NCBI GenBank assembly: GCA_012519415.1
Contig: JAAYQG010000079.1
Location: 24,474 to 88,473, forward strand
Direction of reading: 5' to 3'
Length of the DNA stretch: 64,000 nucleotides
From: Treponema sp.
Lineage (GTDB): Bacteria; Spirochaetota; Spirochaetia; Treponematales; Treponemataceae
This document shows, one piece after another, positions 1 through 9,269 of this stretch. Under the pieces are notes generated by a model. It saw nothing but the letters and a program-made list of their open reading frames with translations, was not told the origin of the DNA and did not search any database. Each line of letters starts with the position of its first letter. Positions within the stretch are counted from its first letter, which is position 1. Both the position numbers and the translations under genes were made by a program.

Positions 1-366
1 TTAACCATAATGAACGGCGTATGGTGCGGTCTTGCACAAGGACTCGGTACATTGCCCGGAATTTCTCGTTCTGGCAGCACTATTTCCGGAGCACTTTTAT
101 CTGGAATAGACAGACAAACCGCTGGTGAATATTCATTTTTGTTATCAATTCCGGCTATTTTAGGTGCTTTTTTGCTTGAACTTAGAGATTTAGACAAATT
201 ATTAACTGTTGTTCCTATTTCAAGTCTTGCACTTGGCTGTATATGTGCGTTTGTATCTGGCTTGGGTGCGCTTTTTCTTTTGATGAAATTAATAAAGCAT
301 GGAAAATTAGGCTTTTTTGCAATTTATTTAATTCCACTTGGAATAATCGGATTGTTTTTGTTCTAG
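1..366 (+). CDS. uppP: Undecaprenyl-diphosphate phosphatase (UppP/BacA), C-terminal part; the 5' end lies upstream of the window
   Basis: Frame is open from nt 1. GISRSGSTISGALLSG and EYSFLLSIPAILGA motifs plus a hydrophobic multi-TM tail are typical of BacA/UppP. Confidence 0.85.
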   Translation, partial: LTIMNGVWCGLAQGLGTLPGISRSGSTISGALLSGIDRQTAGEYSFLLSIPAILGAFLLELRDLDKLLTVVPISSLALGCICAFVSGLGALFLLMKLIKHGKLGFFAIYLIPLGIIGLFLF

Positions 367-382
367 CGATATTTGTTAAAAT

Positions 383-2698
383 TTAATCTTTGTTGTCTGT
401 GCTTAAGTTGTTGCTTTCTAAAATCGGTTTTGTCCCCATTATTTCTTGCACAACTTGGCGCACGGTTTTGTTGTAATAAAGATAGCCGTACAAAGATGTT
501 GCTGAAAGAACTTTTCTACCGTAATCTCTTGTTTCATTAAAAGGGATTGTTTCTAAAAATAAATCGATCGGCAAATTTTCTGAAGCACGTTGCCAGCGCC
601 GAACTCGTGTTATTCCACCGTTGTATGCAAAAAGTGCCATGATAATTGAATTGTTTAAACGCTCCGTTAAGTTGTTCAAATAATATGCGCCGAAATTCAC
701 ATTTGTTTGAGCATCTTTTAAATCGTATTCCGTGATTTTAAGTTTTTTTGCAATATCTTTTGCAGTATCGTCCATTAATTGTGCAAGTCCTGTTGCACCA
801 ACTCTTGACGCGATTGTTTTATCAAAATAACTTTCAGTCCGTATGAGTCCAAAAAGGACATATTCGTTTACGCCGAATGTTGTTGATGCATTTTTTACCT
901 CTTGTAAATAAGGGCGCGGATAAAGAAGATATAACATTTCTCTTGTTAAAGGTGCATCAGTGCGCCGAACAGCATAGCTTATAATACTCAACGCATCGTA
1001 ATGCAACGTGCAATCTTTTTCAGCAGCTTTGCTGAATAATTTAGAAAGAATCGAGGCGCATTCTATGCTTATATTCTGATAATGAGCTACATATGTTTTA
1101 TATGCTTCTTCAAAAAGCGCGTGATTTGCATAACCTAATACGAGAGATTCCAATTCTTTATTGCTTTCAAGCTTTTGTAAGTTTTCCGTTTCGATATTTT
1201 CTTCTACGGGAATACCTAGCTGTTCTGCGGCTAAAAATCTGTAATAAAGTGAAGTATGATTTCCATTGTAAGCATGTTCATAACATATTTGAGCTGCTTG
1301 CAAACGACTTAAATCTTTAAATGGATTTTTTGCCATTTCTTCTTCGATTAATCTGCCGCTTATGTAAGCATATTGTGTTTGCGAATTTGTGTCTGCATAA
1401 TGATTTATAATCATATATGATTCTACAAAATCGTTCCAATAACGCCCTTGCAATAAATCTGCTGCAAAATCACGAAGAAAATCCTCAAAATATTCAGGGT
1501 CTTGCCAAGTTTTTGCATATGTTTTAAGCGCATTTTTTGCTGTTTCAAGCGAAACTGTTTTAGCGGTTTTAAGATAATACCACAAAGCATTATCGTACTT
1601 TGCTGAATTTGTAGCATTATTCATTGACAAAATAAATGCATTTAATGCTGCATCGTAGTTTTTTTCATTTACAGAAAACTGTGCGCTGTAAAACCATGCT
1701 AAAAATTTTAAATCCGGATCTGTTGTTTTTTCTGCAATTTCTCTAAATGTTGCCGAACCTACTTTTGCAGGAATTCCGCCGAAAAGTTGCGCTTTACCAA
1801 AGTCTGAAAAAACTTGGCTTGTAAAATTTTCCGGAGAATAAGGCAGCTTTTCTAACATTTTTAATGCTTCTTTATATTTTCGGTTTTTTACTGTTATGCG
1901 AAATTTTAATAATTCTGCAATTATTTTGGGATTTTTACCGTTTGTAATTTGTACAAAATCCGATTCTTCCTGCAAAAGAGATTCCCATTCAGTAAAGAAA
2001 GCTTCATGCTCATTTGAAATCGCCCAGTTGTTTACCCATAGCGAAAAATATTCGACAAATTCCGGATTTTTCGTTTTAAAAAGGCAGAGAAGTTGTAGTT
2101 TTGTCTTTTTATTTTGAGCTTCGATGTTTAAGCGTGTTCGTCGTTTTTGAGATTCTGTTTTTGCTTTTTGTTCTTCCGGCGGAAATGCAAAATCCGTAAG
2201 TTTTGGAAGCGGACATTCTTTTAATGCTTTTTCATAATCTTTTTGGTTGTAATATTCTTGGAGAAGATAAAAATTTGAATCTCGCTGTTCGGGATAATTT
2301 TCCGCAAAATATTTTGCAGCTGCTTCTTTTTCTTGAGACGAGCCGAGTGTGCAGAGTTTTCTTGCGCATTCTTGTGCAATTTGGGCTGAAGCATATGTTT
2401 TTCCGTGTTGCAAAAGCTTGATAGCTTTTTCCGTTTCGTTAATTTGCAAAAGGTGGATAGCTGTAAAATAACAAGAATCTGGTTCTATAGAAGAAGCAAG
2501 TTCCGACGGCTTTGATGTAAATTCTCTAAGAGATTCTGCATCTGAATTGTTAATAATTTTCAACAATTCTTCTTGTTTTTCAGTTGAGATTTGCTCTTTG
2601 CAGGATACACATACAGTGCTTGCTATAAAAAGCAAGAACACCGATAAAACAAAACAAATAAATCGCATTAAAATCACTGTGGCGGAATCTTTATCCAT
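383..2698 (-). CDS. Soluble lytic murein transglycosylase (Slt70-like): long helical-repeat N-terminus and C-terminal SLT domain
   Basis: C-terminal LIRTESYF...GATGLAQLM...AYNGG motifs carry the SLT catalytic Glu-Ser, GLxQ and AYNxG. An N-terminal signal/TM segment is present. Overlaps the upstream LysM gene by 25 nt. Confidence 0.8.
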   Translation of the reverse strand: MDKDSATVILMRFICFVLSVFLLFIASTVCVSCKEQISTEKQEELLKIINNSDAESLREFTSKPSELASSIEPDSCYFTAIHLLQINETEKAIKLLQHGKTYASAQIAQECARKLCTLGSSQEKEAAAKYFAENYPEQRDSNFYLLQEYYNQKDYEKALKECPLPKLTDFAFPPEEQKAKTESQKRRTRLNIEAQNKKTKLQLLCLFKTKNPEFVEYFSLWVNNWAISNEHEAFFTEWESLLQEESDFVQITNGKNPKIIAELLKFRITVKNRKYKEALKMLEKLPYSPENFTSQVFSDFGKAQLFGGIPAKVGSATFREIAEKTTDPDLKFLAWFYSAQFSVNEKNYDAALNAFILSMNNATNSAKYDNALWYYLKTAKTVSLETAKNALKTYAKTWQDPEYFEDFLRDFAADLLQGRYWNDFVESYMIINHYADTNSQTQYAYISGRLIEEEMAKNPFKDLSRLQAAQICYEHAYNGNHTSLYYRFLAAEQLGIPVEENIETENLQKLESNKELESLVLGYANHALFEEAYKTYVAHYQNISIECASILSKLFSKAAEKDCTLHYDALSIISYAVRRTDAPLTREMLYLLYPRPYLQEVKNASTTFGVNEYVLFGLIRTESYFDKTIASRVGATGLAQLMDDTAKDIAKKLKITEYDLKDAQTNVNFGAYYLNNLTERLNNSIIMALFAYNGGITRVRRWQRASENLPIDLFLETIPFNETRDYGRKVLSATSLYGYLYYNKTVRQVVQEIMGTKPILESNNLSTDNKD

Positions 2699-3912
2699 GT
2701 TCCCGACAGGATAAAATCCGGATTTTTGATATTATTTGCATTTGCAATTTTATTATACATCCATGGATTTTTGTAAAAAGTATCTGCAATATCCCATAGA
2801 GTATCGCCCCATTTGATTTGGTAGTCTTTTGTATCTTTTGCCGAAACAGTTTTTGATATAGGAGCAGGAACAACAACAGGTGCATCAATAATTACTATTG
2901 AATTTTCTCTTGCAGAAACAGAAGAACTAATGCGATCTATTAAAGCGGCATCAACAGGTTCTGCTTTTTCCGTAACAACTGTAACAGGTTGATATTTTAC
3001 GGCAGGCGCTTTGTCTACAACGAGCGGTTGCAGCTGTTGCTTGTCTTTAGAATTTGAAACCCAAATAAAAATGCAAGAAAGTATTGAAACAATTGCACAA
3101 ATCAAACAAATAACAAGAACAATTGAAATCTTTGGTTTTCCTGCATTTGGGTCTAAAAAGTCAAAATCTGAAAAACCGCCAGGTGCGGCCTGTTCAGCAA
3201 ACAAATCAGGCACTTCTTCGTCTATGTCCGGGTTTTCGGATTTATCATCATAATCATTTTCGTCGGCTAGCTCCGAATCCATAGCTGTTTCTACAAGTGC
3301 TTCATATGTTTTATCATATAAAGAGTCGTCTGCAAAAGCATCATCATCAACACTCGTTTTCGCATATAAAGACGAATCGCTCAAATCAAAATTTAAATCA
3401 TCATCCGGGGCTTCATCTTCAAAATCAGTGTTTTGTTCGTCTGCGATTAAAACAGATTCCGAAAAATCAAAATCGTCTAAATCGGAAAGGTCTAAAGCTT
3501 CACTTGATTCTGATAAGCTTGTATCAAATGGTGCTGTTTCATCATAAATACTTAAATCATTTTCGTTTGAGCTTGTACCGATTGTAACAAGCGAAACGGC
3601 AGTGTTTGTAGAGCTGCCGCTTTCTTGGTCATAAACATGAGCGGAAAGCTCGTCATTTTCATCTAATTCAACAACAAAGTCTAAATTTACAGCCTGCTTT
3701 TCTTGGGGTATTAAACCGTCTATAATGAGCGTATCAACATATTCCGCATCGGAAAAGCTTTCATCTGATGCACAAAAAAGTTTTATTTGTGCTACGGTCT
3801 GATTGTCGCTGGCAGTTGTAATTTGCAAGCGTTTTTTCGCGGGATTTCCCCTGGTGAGAATTGGATAGAAAGTTCCATCGGCCTGTTTTATTCCGATAAT
3901 ATTTTTGCTCAT
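2674..3912 (-). CDS. Membrane protein: N-terminal Hsp70 (DnaK) substrate-binding-domain-like module, long acidic linker, one TM helix, C-terminal LysM domain
   Basis: Residues 5-105 (IIGIKQADGTFYPIL...SDNQTVAQIKLF...IDGLIPQ...LDFVVELDENDELSAHVYD) follow the DnaK SBD-beta pattern. A D/E-rich region precedes the TM helix ISIVLVICLICAIVSILSCIFIW. LysM segment: YQIKWGDTLWDIADTFY...ILSGTWIKIP. Confidence 0.6.
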   Translation of the reverse strand: MSKNIIGIKQADGTFYPILTRGNPAKKRLQITTASDNQTVAQIKLFCASDESFSDAEYVDTLIIDGLIPQEKQAVNLDFVVELDENDELSAHVYDQESGSSTNTAVSLVTIGTSSNENDLSIYDETAPFDTSLSESSEALDLSDLDDFDFSESVLIADEQNTDFEDEAPDDDLNFDLSDSSLYAKTSVDDDAFADDSLYDKTYEALVETAMDSELADENDYDDKSENPDIDEEVPDLFAEQAAPGGFSDFDFLDPNAGKPKISIVLVICLICAIVSILSCIFIWVSNSKDKQQLQPLVVDKAPAVKYQPVTVVTEKAEPVDAALIDRISSSVSARENSIVIIDAPVVVPAPISKTVSAKDTKDYQIKWGDTLWDIADTFYKNPWMYNKIANANNIKNPDFILSGTWIKIPPQ

Positions 3913-3924
3913 AATATATCGTAT

Positions 3925-3953
3925 ATCGTATTATGGTATGGGTTTCTTGTCAA
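3925..3953 (-). promoter_or_regulatory. sigma70-type promoter of the LysM/Slt operon: TTGACA-17 nt-TACGAT, ATG 3912 lies 12 nt after the -10 (5' UTR of about 6 nt, no SD)
   Basis: Reverse complement of 3948-3953 is TTGACA and of 3925-3930 is TACGAT. Confidence 0.55.
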
Positions 3954-3968
3954 CGCAGTTTCCATTTC

Positions 3969-3997
3969 TTGACAGGTTTGAAATGTATCAGCATAAT
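3969..3997 (+). promoter_or_regulatory. sigma70-type promoter of the TPR gene: TTGACA-17 nt-CATAAT, ATG 4005 follows 7 nt after the -10 (leaderless candidate)
   Basis: Hexamers read directly: -35 at 3969-3974, -10 at 3992-3997. No SD between the -10 and the ATG. Confidence 0.6.
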
Positions 3998-4004
3998 AAG
4001 AAAT

Positions 4005-5363
4005 ATGATTTTTCCAATGCTCATTTCTATAATTGTTATAGGTCTTGCATTTTTGCTGATTATGAATTTTTCTTATGAAAAAAAGAAAATCGATCGTCCA
4101 GCTAAAAAACGAGATAGGCAATCAATTTTACGAGAAGCAAATCGTAAACTTGCACAAGATCCTCACAATCCGCGTGCACTTAAATTATTGGCTGATTTGC
4201 ATTTCAGCGAAGCTGCTTGGGATAAAGCTTTTACGTTGTATAATTTGATGTTAGATATTTCTGCTGCGCATTCTGAAATTGATATTGTTACAACAGGACT
4301 TCGATATGGAATTTGCGCTATCAAAATGGAAAATGCCGCAGACGCTTTTAAAGGATTAGTTCTTGCTCATAAACTTGATCAAAGTAATGCGGAAGTTACT
4401 TATTATTTAGGACAAGCATTTTATATGAACGGCGACTATGAAAAAGCTGCGCCGTTTTTTAAACATACGCTTATAGCTTTTCCGTCAAATATGGAAGTTT
4501 ATCGCTTTTTAGGACTGACTTTAGCAAAAAGTCGCAAATACAGAGAATCATTAGCATACTTAAAACAATCAATTGATAACAATCCCGAAGATAAAGAAGT
4601 TCTTTTCTTTTTAGCGGAATCTTTTGCAGAAACAAACGCTATAGAACGCTCGCTTAAAATCTTTTCTCATCTTAGGCCGGATCCTGTATATGGTGCAAAG
4701 TCTTGTCTGCAAGCCGGAATTCTTCATACAAATACAAATGCGCTTGACAAAGCATTACAAGATTTTGAAATAGGTCTAAAACATGAAAATGTGCCCGTTG
4801 AGATTGCTGCTGAAATGCGTTACAGAATGGCGAATGTTTATATAAAAAAGCAAAACATCAGCGAAGCTATTGAGCTTTTAAAGAAAATTCAAGAAATACA
4901 TCCAACATACAAAGATACCGCTTCGCTTATTAATCAATATCAGGAACTAAATCAAAATAAAAATCTTCAAATCTACTTAATAGCTAACAGCAGCGATTTT
5001 ATTCTTTTGTGTAAGCAAATAGTTTCAGCATATTTTCCAAAATCTATTGCCAGAATTCTTGATATTTCTTCATCGCTTGAAGGTGCAGAAATTCTTGCCG
5101 AAATAGAAACATTAAAATGGACTGACGTTGTTCTTTTCCGTTTTTACCGAACAACAAGCACTGTAGGCGAACTTTATATCAGAGATTTCCACGCAAAAAT
5201 AAGAGATACTAAAGCAGGGCGCGGCATTTGTTTTTCGGCAGGAACCTTCAGCGATGAATCTCGCAAATTTATTGATGGACGTCCTATTGATTTGATTGAC
5301 CGCATAGAGCTGAACAAATTTTTAAGTGATATAAACCAAGTTCAAACAAATAACATTTCTTAA
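4005..5363 (+). CDS. TPR-repeat membrane-anchored protein with C-terminal restriction-endonuclease-fold (Mrr_cat-like, apparently degenerate) domain
   Basis: N-terminal TM (MIFPMLISIIVIGLAFLLI), then multiple TPR-like A/Y/L-periodic repeats. The C-terminal 130 aa resemble Mrr_cat topology (D...E...FRFYR...GRGICFSAGTFSDESRKF). The six-frame ORF starts at 3933, but a strong promoter lies inside that extension, so 4005 is preferred. Confidence 0.55.
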   Translation: MIFPMLISIIVIGLAFLLIMNFSYEKKKIDRPAKKRDRQSILREANRKLAQDPHNPRALKLLADLHFSEAAWDKAFTLYNLMLDISAAHSEIDIVTTGLRYGICAIKMENAADAFKGLVLAHKLDQSNAEVTYYLGQAFYMNGDYEKAAPFFKHTLIAFPSNMEVYRFLGLTLAKSRKYRESLAYLKQSIDNNPEDKEVLFFLAESFAETNAIERSLKIFSHLRPDPVYGAKSCLQAGILHTNTNALDKALQDFEIGLKHENVPVEIAAEMRYRMANVYIKKQNISEAIELLKKIQEIHPTYKDTASLINQYQELNQNKNLQIYLIANSSDFILLCKQIVSAYFPKSIARILDISSSLEGAEILAEIETLKWTDVVLFRFYRTTSTVGELYIRDFHAKIRDTKAGRGICFSAGTFSDESRKFIDGRPIDLIDRIELNKFLSDINQVQTNNIS

Positions 5364-5693
5364 AAAACGCCTCTAAACAACTTTACCAGTACATAACAAT
5401 CTCGCTATTTTTCCGCTATTTTTTCCTATTGACTTTGATAAATATTTTTTAGAAACTAAAAGAAAAATATATGTTTCTTTTTTAGCTGAATTGTTATAGA
5501 ATAGTTGTGAACTTAAAGCAACTTGAAGATTTTTTTAGTAGAGCAACAACTTGGATTCCGTTTTTTAAGTGAATTGTAAAATCACTGCAAAAACGTAACC
5601 AAAAATGTGCTTATGAGTTTAAATCGTGCAGATTGTCTAAAATCTGCGGTATAGACATATTTTATTAATTCTGAACTAAACAGGAGGGATTTT

Positions 5694-6170
5694 ATGAAAA
5701 AGGTTGCATGTATATTATGTATTCTTTTCTTTGCTGCTACTCTTTTTGCTTTGCAGAATGGAGACACTGTATATGTTTCAGTAAAAAAAGCTACTATCAA
5801 GGCCGGTACCGGACATTTTGACAAAGTTGTTGCACAGGCAGTTTATGGTGATGAACTTATTGTTGATAAAGCAAGCAATAAATTTCATCGTGTACACAAA
5901 GCAAGCGACCCATCTGTTTCCGGCTGGATTCCTGCAGCAAGCGTTACTACAAAAAAAATAGTAACAAGCGCGAAAAACAAACAAGTTTCTGCATCTGCCG
6001 ATGAAATAGCACTTGCTGGCAAAGGTTTCTCGGAGCAGGTTGAAGATGAATATAAAACATCAAACAAAAAACTTGATTATGCAAGTGTTGATAAACTTGA
6101 AGCTTTCCAAATATCAGAAGAGTCGTTAAAATCGTTCATCGAAGACGGTGAGCTTTATGGGGCTGAATAA
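5694..6170 (+). CDS. Secreted SH3b-domain protein
   Basis: Signal peptide MKKVACILCILFFAATLFA. SH3b-like GDTVYVSVKKATIKAG...GDELIVDK...SGWIPAASV. Strong SD (CAGGAGGG) upstream. Its stop overlaps the next gene's start (ATGA). Confidence 0.5.
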   Translation: MKKVACILCILFFAATLFALQNGDTVYVSVKKATIKAGTGHFDKVVAQAVYGDELIVDKASNKFHRVHKASDPSVSGWIPAASVTTKKIVTSAKNKQVSASADEIALAGKGFSEQVEDEYKTSNKKLDYASVDKLEAFQISEESLKSFIEDGELYGAE

Positions 6171-7063
6171 TGAATAAAAAACTAACTGCGATTGTTGTTG
6201 CTTTAATTTTATTTCAAAGCATTTGTTTTGCACAAAAATCTCCTTTTAAAAACTTAAAAGAAAAGATACAGCTTGATCAAAAAACAAGAGAAAGCGCGAA
6301 AAAAACTTCAGAGGCGTTAGGAAAGGCTCAGGAAGATATTTCTCCTGAAGAAGAATATTACATTGGTCGAGCTGTTGCTGCAAGATTATTATCTCAATAC
6401 AAACCATTAAAAAATGAAAAGCTTCAAACTTATTTGAATAAAATATGTTATACGCTTGTAATAAATTCAAACAAGCCGGATGTTTTCAACGGTTACCGTG
6501 TAATGGTTCTTGATTCAGATGAAGCAAATGCTTTTGCAACGCCGGGTGGGCATATTTTAGTTACAAAAGGGCTTATAAAATGCACCGAAAATGAAGATGC
6601 TCTCGCCGCAGTAATTGCTCACGAAATAGCGCACATTCAACTTCAACATGCTGTAAAAGCTATTAAATCAAAACGCACTCGAGCTGCTCTTACTTCGGCT
6701 GCAAAAACAACAACTTATGCACTTGGAAGTGATGCTTTAAATGAAATGGTAGATTCATTTGATGAAAATATCGGAGAAATTGTAAGCACAATGACAACGG
6801 CAGGTTATTCTAAACAGCAGGAATTTGATGCAGACAATACGGCTTTAAAACTGCTTGAAGGAGCCGGTTATGATCCGCACGGTCTTGAAATGATGCTTAA
6901 AATGTTGCAAAAAAACAAATCATCAAAAGGCGGAATGTATTCGACTCATCCGTCTCCGGAAAGCCGTTTAAACAATGTAACCATGCGCTTAGGCAAATAT
7001 CAATATGTTTCAAATCAAGATGTTCGCCTGTCGCGCTATAATGCTGCTGTTTCAGGTTTATGA
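6170..7063 (+). CDS. M48-family zinc metalloprotease (BepA/YfgC-like), exported
   Basis: HEIAHIQLQH (HExxH) zinc motif, signal peptide, downstream FDADN motif typical of M48 peptidases. Confidence 0.8.
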   Translation: MNKKLTAIVVALILFQSICFAQKSPFKNLKEKIQLDQKTRESAKKTSEALGKAQEDISPEEEYYIGRAVAARLLSQYKPLKNEKLQTYLNKICYTLVINSNKPDVFNGYRVMVLDSDEANAFATPGGHILVTKGLIKCTENEDALAAVIAHEIAHIQLQHAVKAIKSKRTRAALTSAAKTTTYALGSDALNEMVDSFDENIGEIVSTMTTAGYSKQQEFDADNTALKLLEGAGYDPHGLEMMLKMLQKNKSSKGGMYSTHPSPESRLNNVTMRLGKYQYVSNQDVRLSRYNAAVSGL

Positions 7064-9231
7064 AATTTCTAAATCGCAAATTTATACACACTATAATTAT
7101 TTCACTTGGTGTAACTTTAATTTCGGTGCTTGCATTAGTATTAAATATTCTTTCTTATCCCGAAAACAAAGTTTATGATTCGATGATGCGTGTTACTGCT
7201 GAAAAAACTGCGCCATCAGACGAGATAATGATTATTTTGCTTGACCAAGAAAGCATAGATTGGGGACAGAAAAAATTCGGCTGGAACTGGCCATGGCCTA
7301 GAAAAGCATATGCAGATATTGTGCGTTATTTAGCGGACGGCGGAGCAGATTCTTGTGCATTTGATGTTATGTTTACAGAACCATCTGTGTACGGAGAAGA
7401 CGATGATTTAAATTTTTCGCAAGCTGCAGAACAATTTACCGGAATTATACACACCGTTTTTTTAAGTGAACAATACGGAAACACTAACGATTGGCCACTC
7501 GGAGTTGAAACGCCAATATTTGAGTTGGAAGGATTTGATGAAGAAAACTTAAAAAACACTTATCCTTCTTTGCCTGCATTATTTCCAATAAAACCGTTGC
7601 GAGAAACCGCTGGCGGGCTAGGCAACATTAGAAGCACTTCTGATAAAGATGGCATAATGCGCCGGAATAATCTGTTCTATATCGTGAATGGTCGCCCCGT
7701 ACCTTCTTTGGGAATTGAATCGTTACTTGTTAGAGAGGGTAAAAACGAAAAACTTATATATGATTCAAAAAGCAAAACCGTTTCTTTTCGCAATCAATTA
7801 ATACCTGTTGACTCTGAATATAAGCCGCTTTTACGATTTCGCGGCGAACTTGATAGATATATTCCGTATAACGCAATGCAAATTTTGCAAAGCTATTACA
7901 ATTTGCAAGAAGGCAAAGAACCTCTTATAGAACCTGAGAATTTTTCCGGGAAATATGTTTTTTTCGGATTTTATGCACCAGGTCTTTTTGATGTTTGCGC
8001 AACACCTATTTCTACATTATATCCTGGAGTTGGTGTTCATATAACAACTCTTGATAATTATTTGCAAGATGATTTTATTACCAAATCTTCTTTTTTGTGG
8101 AATATTGGGTTCTTTTTTATAGCATCGCTACTTGGCGCATTATCATTGATTGTTGCAAACAAATTGCCTTTTGTTAGAAAATTTCCACTTCCTTTTTCTT
8201 TGTTGATTGTTGTACTGCTTACAGGTGGTGTTTTTGCAACGGCTTTATCTTTGTTTGTTAGTGGATTATGGATTCCTTCACTTTCAGCGGCAAGCACTCT
8301 TGTTTTTAGTTATTTAATATCTGTTCTTGTTGATTATGCGTTGGAAGGACGCCAGAAAAAGTATATAAAATCAGCTTTTAAACAGTATTTAAGTCCTGTT
8401 GTAATTGATGAACTTATAGCTCACCCCGAACGCTTAAAATTAGGCGGCGAGAGAAAAGAGATAAGCATTTTCTTTTCTGATTTACAAGGATTTACAAGTA
8501 TTTCTGAAAAATTAGATCCGGAAGAACTTACTGCTTTTCTTAACGATTATCTTTCAGCAATGTCGGACGTAATTCTTGAATCAGGCGGAACTATCGACAA
8601 ATACGAAGGCGATGCGATAATCGCATTTTGGAATGCACCAACTGAACAAAAAGATCATCCGAAACGAGCTTTAGAAGCTGCAATGAAATGCCAAAGTGTG
8701 TTGCAGCAAATGCGTCCGGAACTCTCTTTGCGTGTTAATTCCGACGTTTATATGCGTATTGGATTAAATACAGGTGTCGCTGTTGTTGGAAATATGGGCT
8801 CGCACAATCGGTTTGATTATACGATGCTTGGAGATTCCGTTAATCTTGCAGCTCGTCTTGAAGGTCAAAACAAGCAGTTTGGAACTTACACAATATGTAC
8901 AGAAGCTATGAAAAACGCAGCAGAGGCTGCTGGAACGACCGTCCACTTTAGAGAACTTGCAAAAATGGCTGTTGTAGGAAAAAAAGAAGCTGTTCGCATT
9001 TTTCAGCCGCTAAATATTGATGAATATACTGCAATGAAAGATACACTACCAATATTTGAAGCTGCACTTTCTCTGTTTTACAAAGGTTCGCTTGATAAAG
9101 CTCTTGAAGCTTTTGAAAAGATTCGCACTCAAGATTGTGTTGCTCAAGCTTATTGTGATAAATGCAAATCATTGTTGTCTTCTAATCTTGACGACTGGTC
9201 TTTGGGCGTGTGGGTTGCAACTATGAAATAA
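7060..9231 (+). CDS. CHASE2 sensor-domain class III adenylate/guanylate cyclase
   Basis: N-terminal TM, an extracytoplasmic domain of about 300 aa, then three TM helices (CHASE2 topology). Cyclase motifs: ISIFFSDLQGFTSISE, YEGDAIIAFWNAP, GLNTGVAVVGNMGS, FDYTMLGDSVNLAARLEG. 4-nt overlap with the M48 gene. Confidence 0.85.
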   Translation: MKFLNRKFIHTIIISLGVTLISVLALVLNILSYPENKVYDSMMRVTAEKTAPSDEIMIILLDQESIDWGQKKFGWNWPWPRKAYADIVRYLADGGADSCAFDVMFTEPSVYGEDDDLNFSQAAEQFTGIIHTVFLSEQYGNTNDWPLGVETPIFELEGFDEENLKNTYPSLPALFPIKPLRETAGGLGNIRSTSDKDGIMRRNNLFYIVNGRPVPSLGIESLLVREGKNEKLIYDSKSKTVSFRNQLIPVDSEYKPLLRFRGELDRYIPYNAMQILQSYYNLQEGKEPLIEPENFSGKYVFFGFYAPGLFDVCATPISTLYPGVGVHITTLDNYLQDDFITKSSFLWNIGFFFIASLLGALSLIVANKLPFVRKFPLPFSLLIVVLLTGGVFATALSLFVSGLWIPSLSAASTLVFSYLISVLVDYALEGRQKKYIKSAFKQYLSPVVIDELIAHPERLKLGGERKEISIFFSDLQGFTSISEKLDPEELTAFLNDYLSAMSDVILESGGTIDKYEGDAIIAFWNAPTEQKDHPKRALEAAMKCQSVLQQMRPELSLRVNSDVYMRIGLNTGVAVVGNMGSHNRFDYTMLGDSVNLAARLEGQNKQFGTYTICTEAMKNAAEAAGTTVHFRELAKMAVVGKKEAVRIFQPLNIDEYTAMKDTLPIFEAALSLFYKGSLDKALEAFEKIRTQDCVAQAYCDKCKSLLSSNLDDWSLGVWVATMK

Positions 9232-9269
9232 TAGCGTTTTGCGACAGAGATTATATCGCAGATTTTGGG

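Noticed and set aside
9232-9269. Possible bidirectional terminator between the cyclase and the convergent hybrid kinase (TGCGA...TCGCA followed by GATTTT)
   Set aside because: The stem is only 5 bp, the loop is 11 nt and the U-tract is short. It is too weak to call as a feature.
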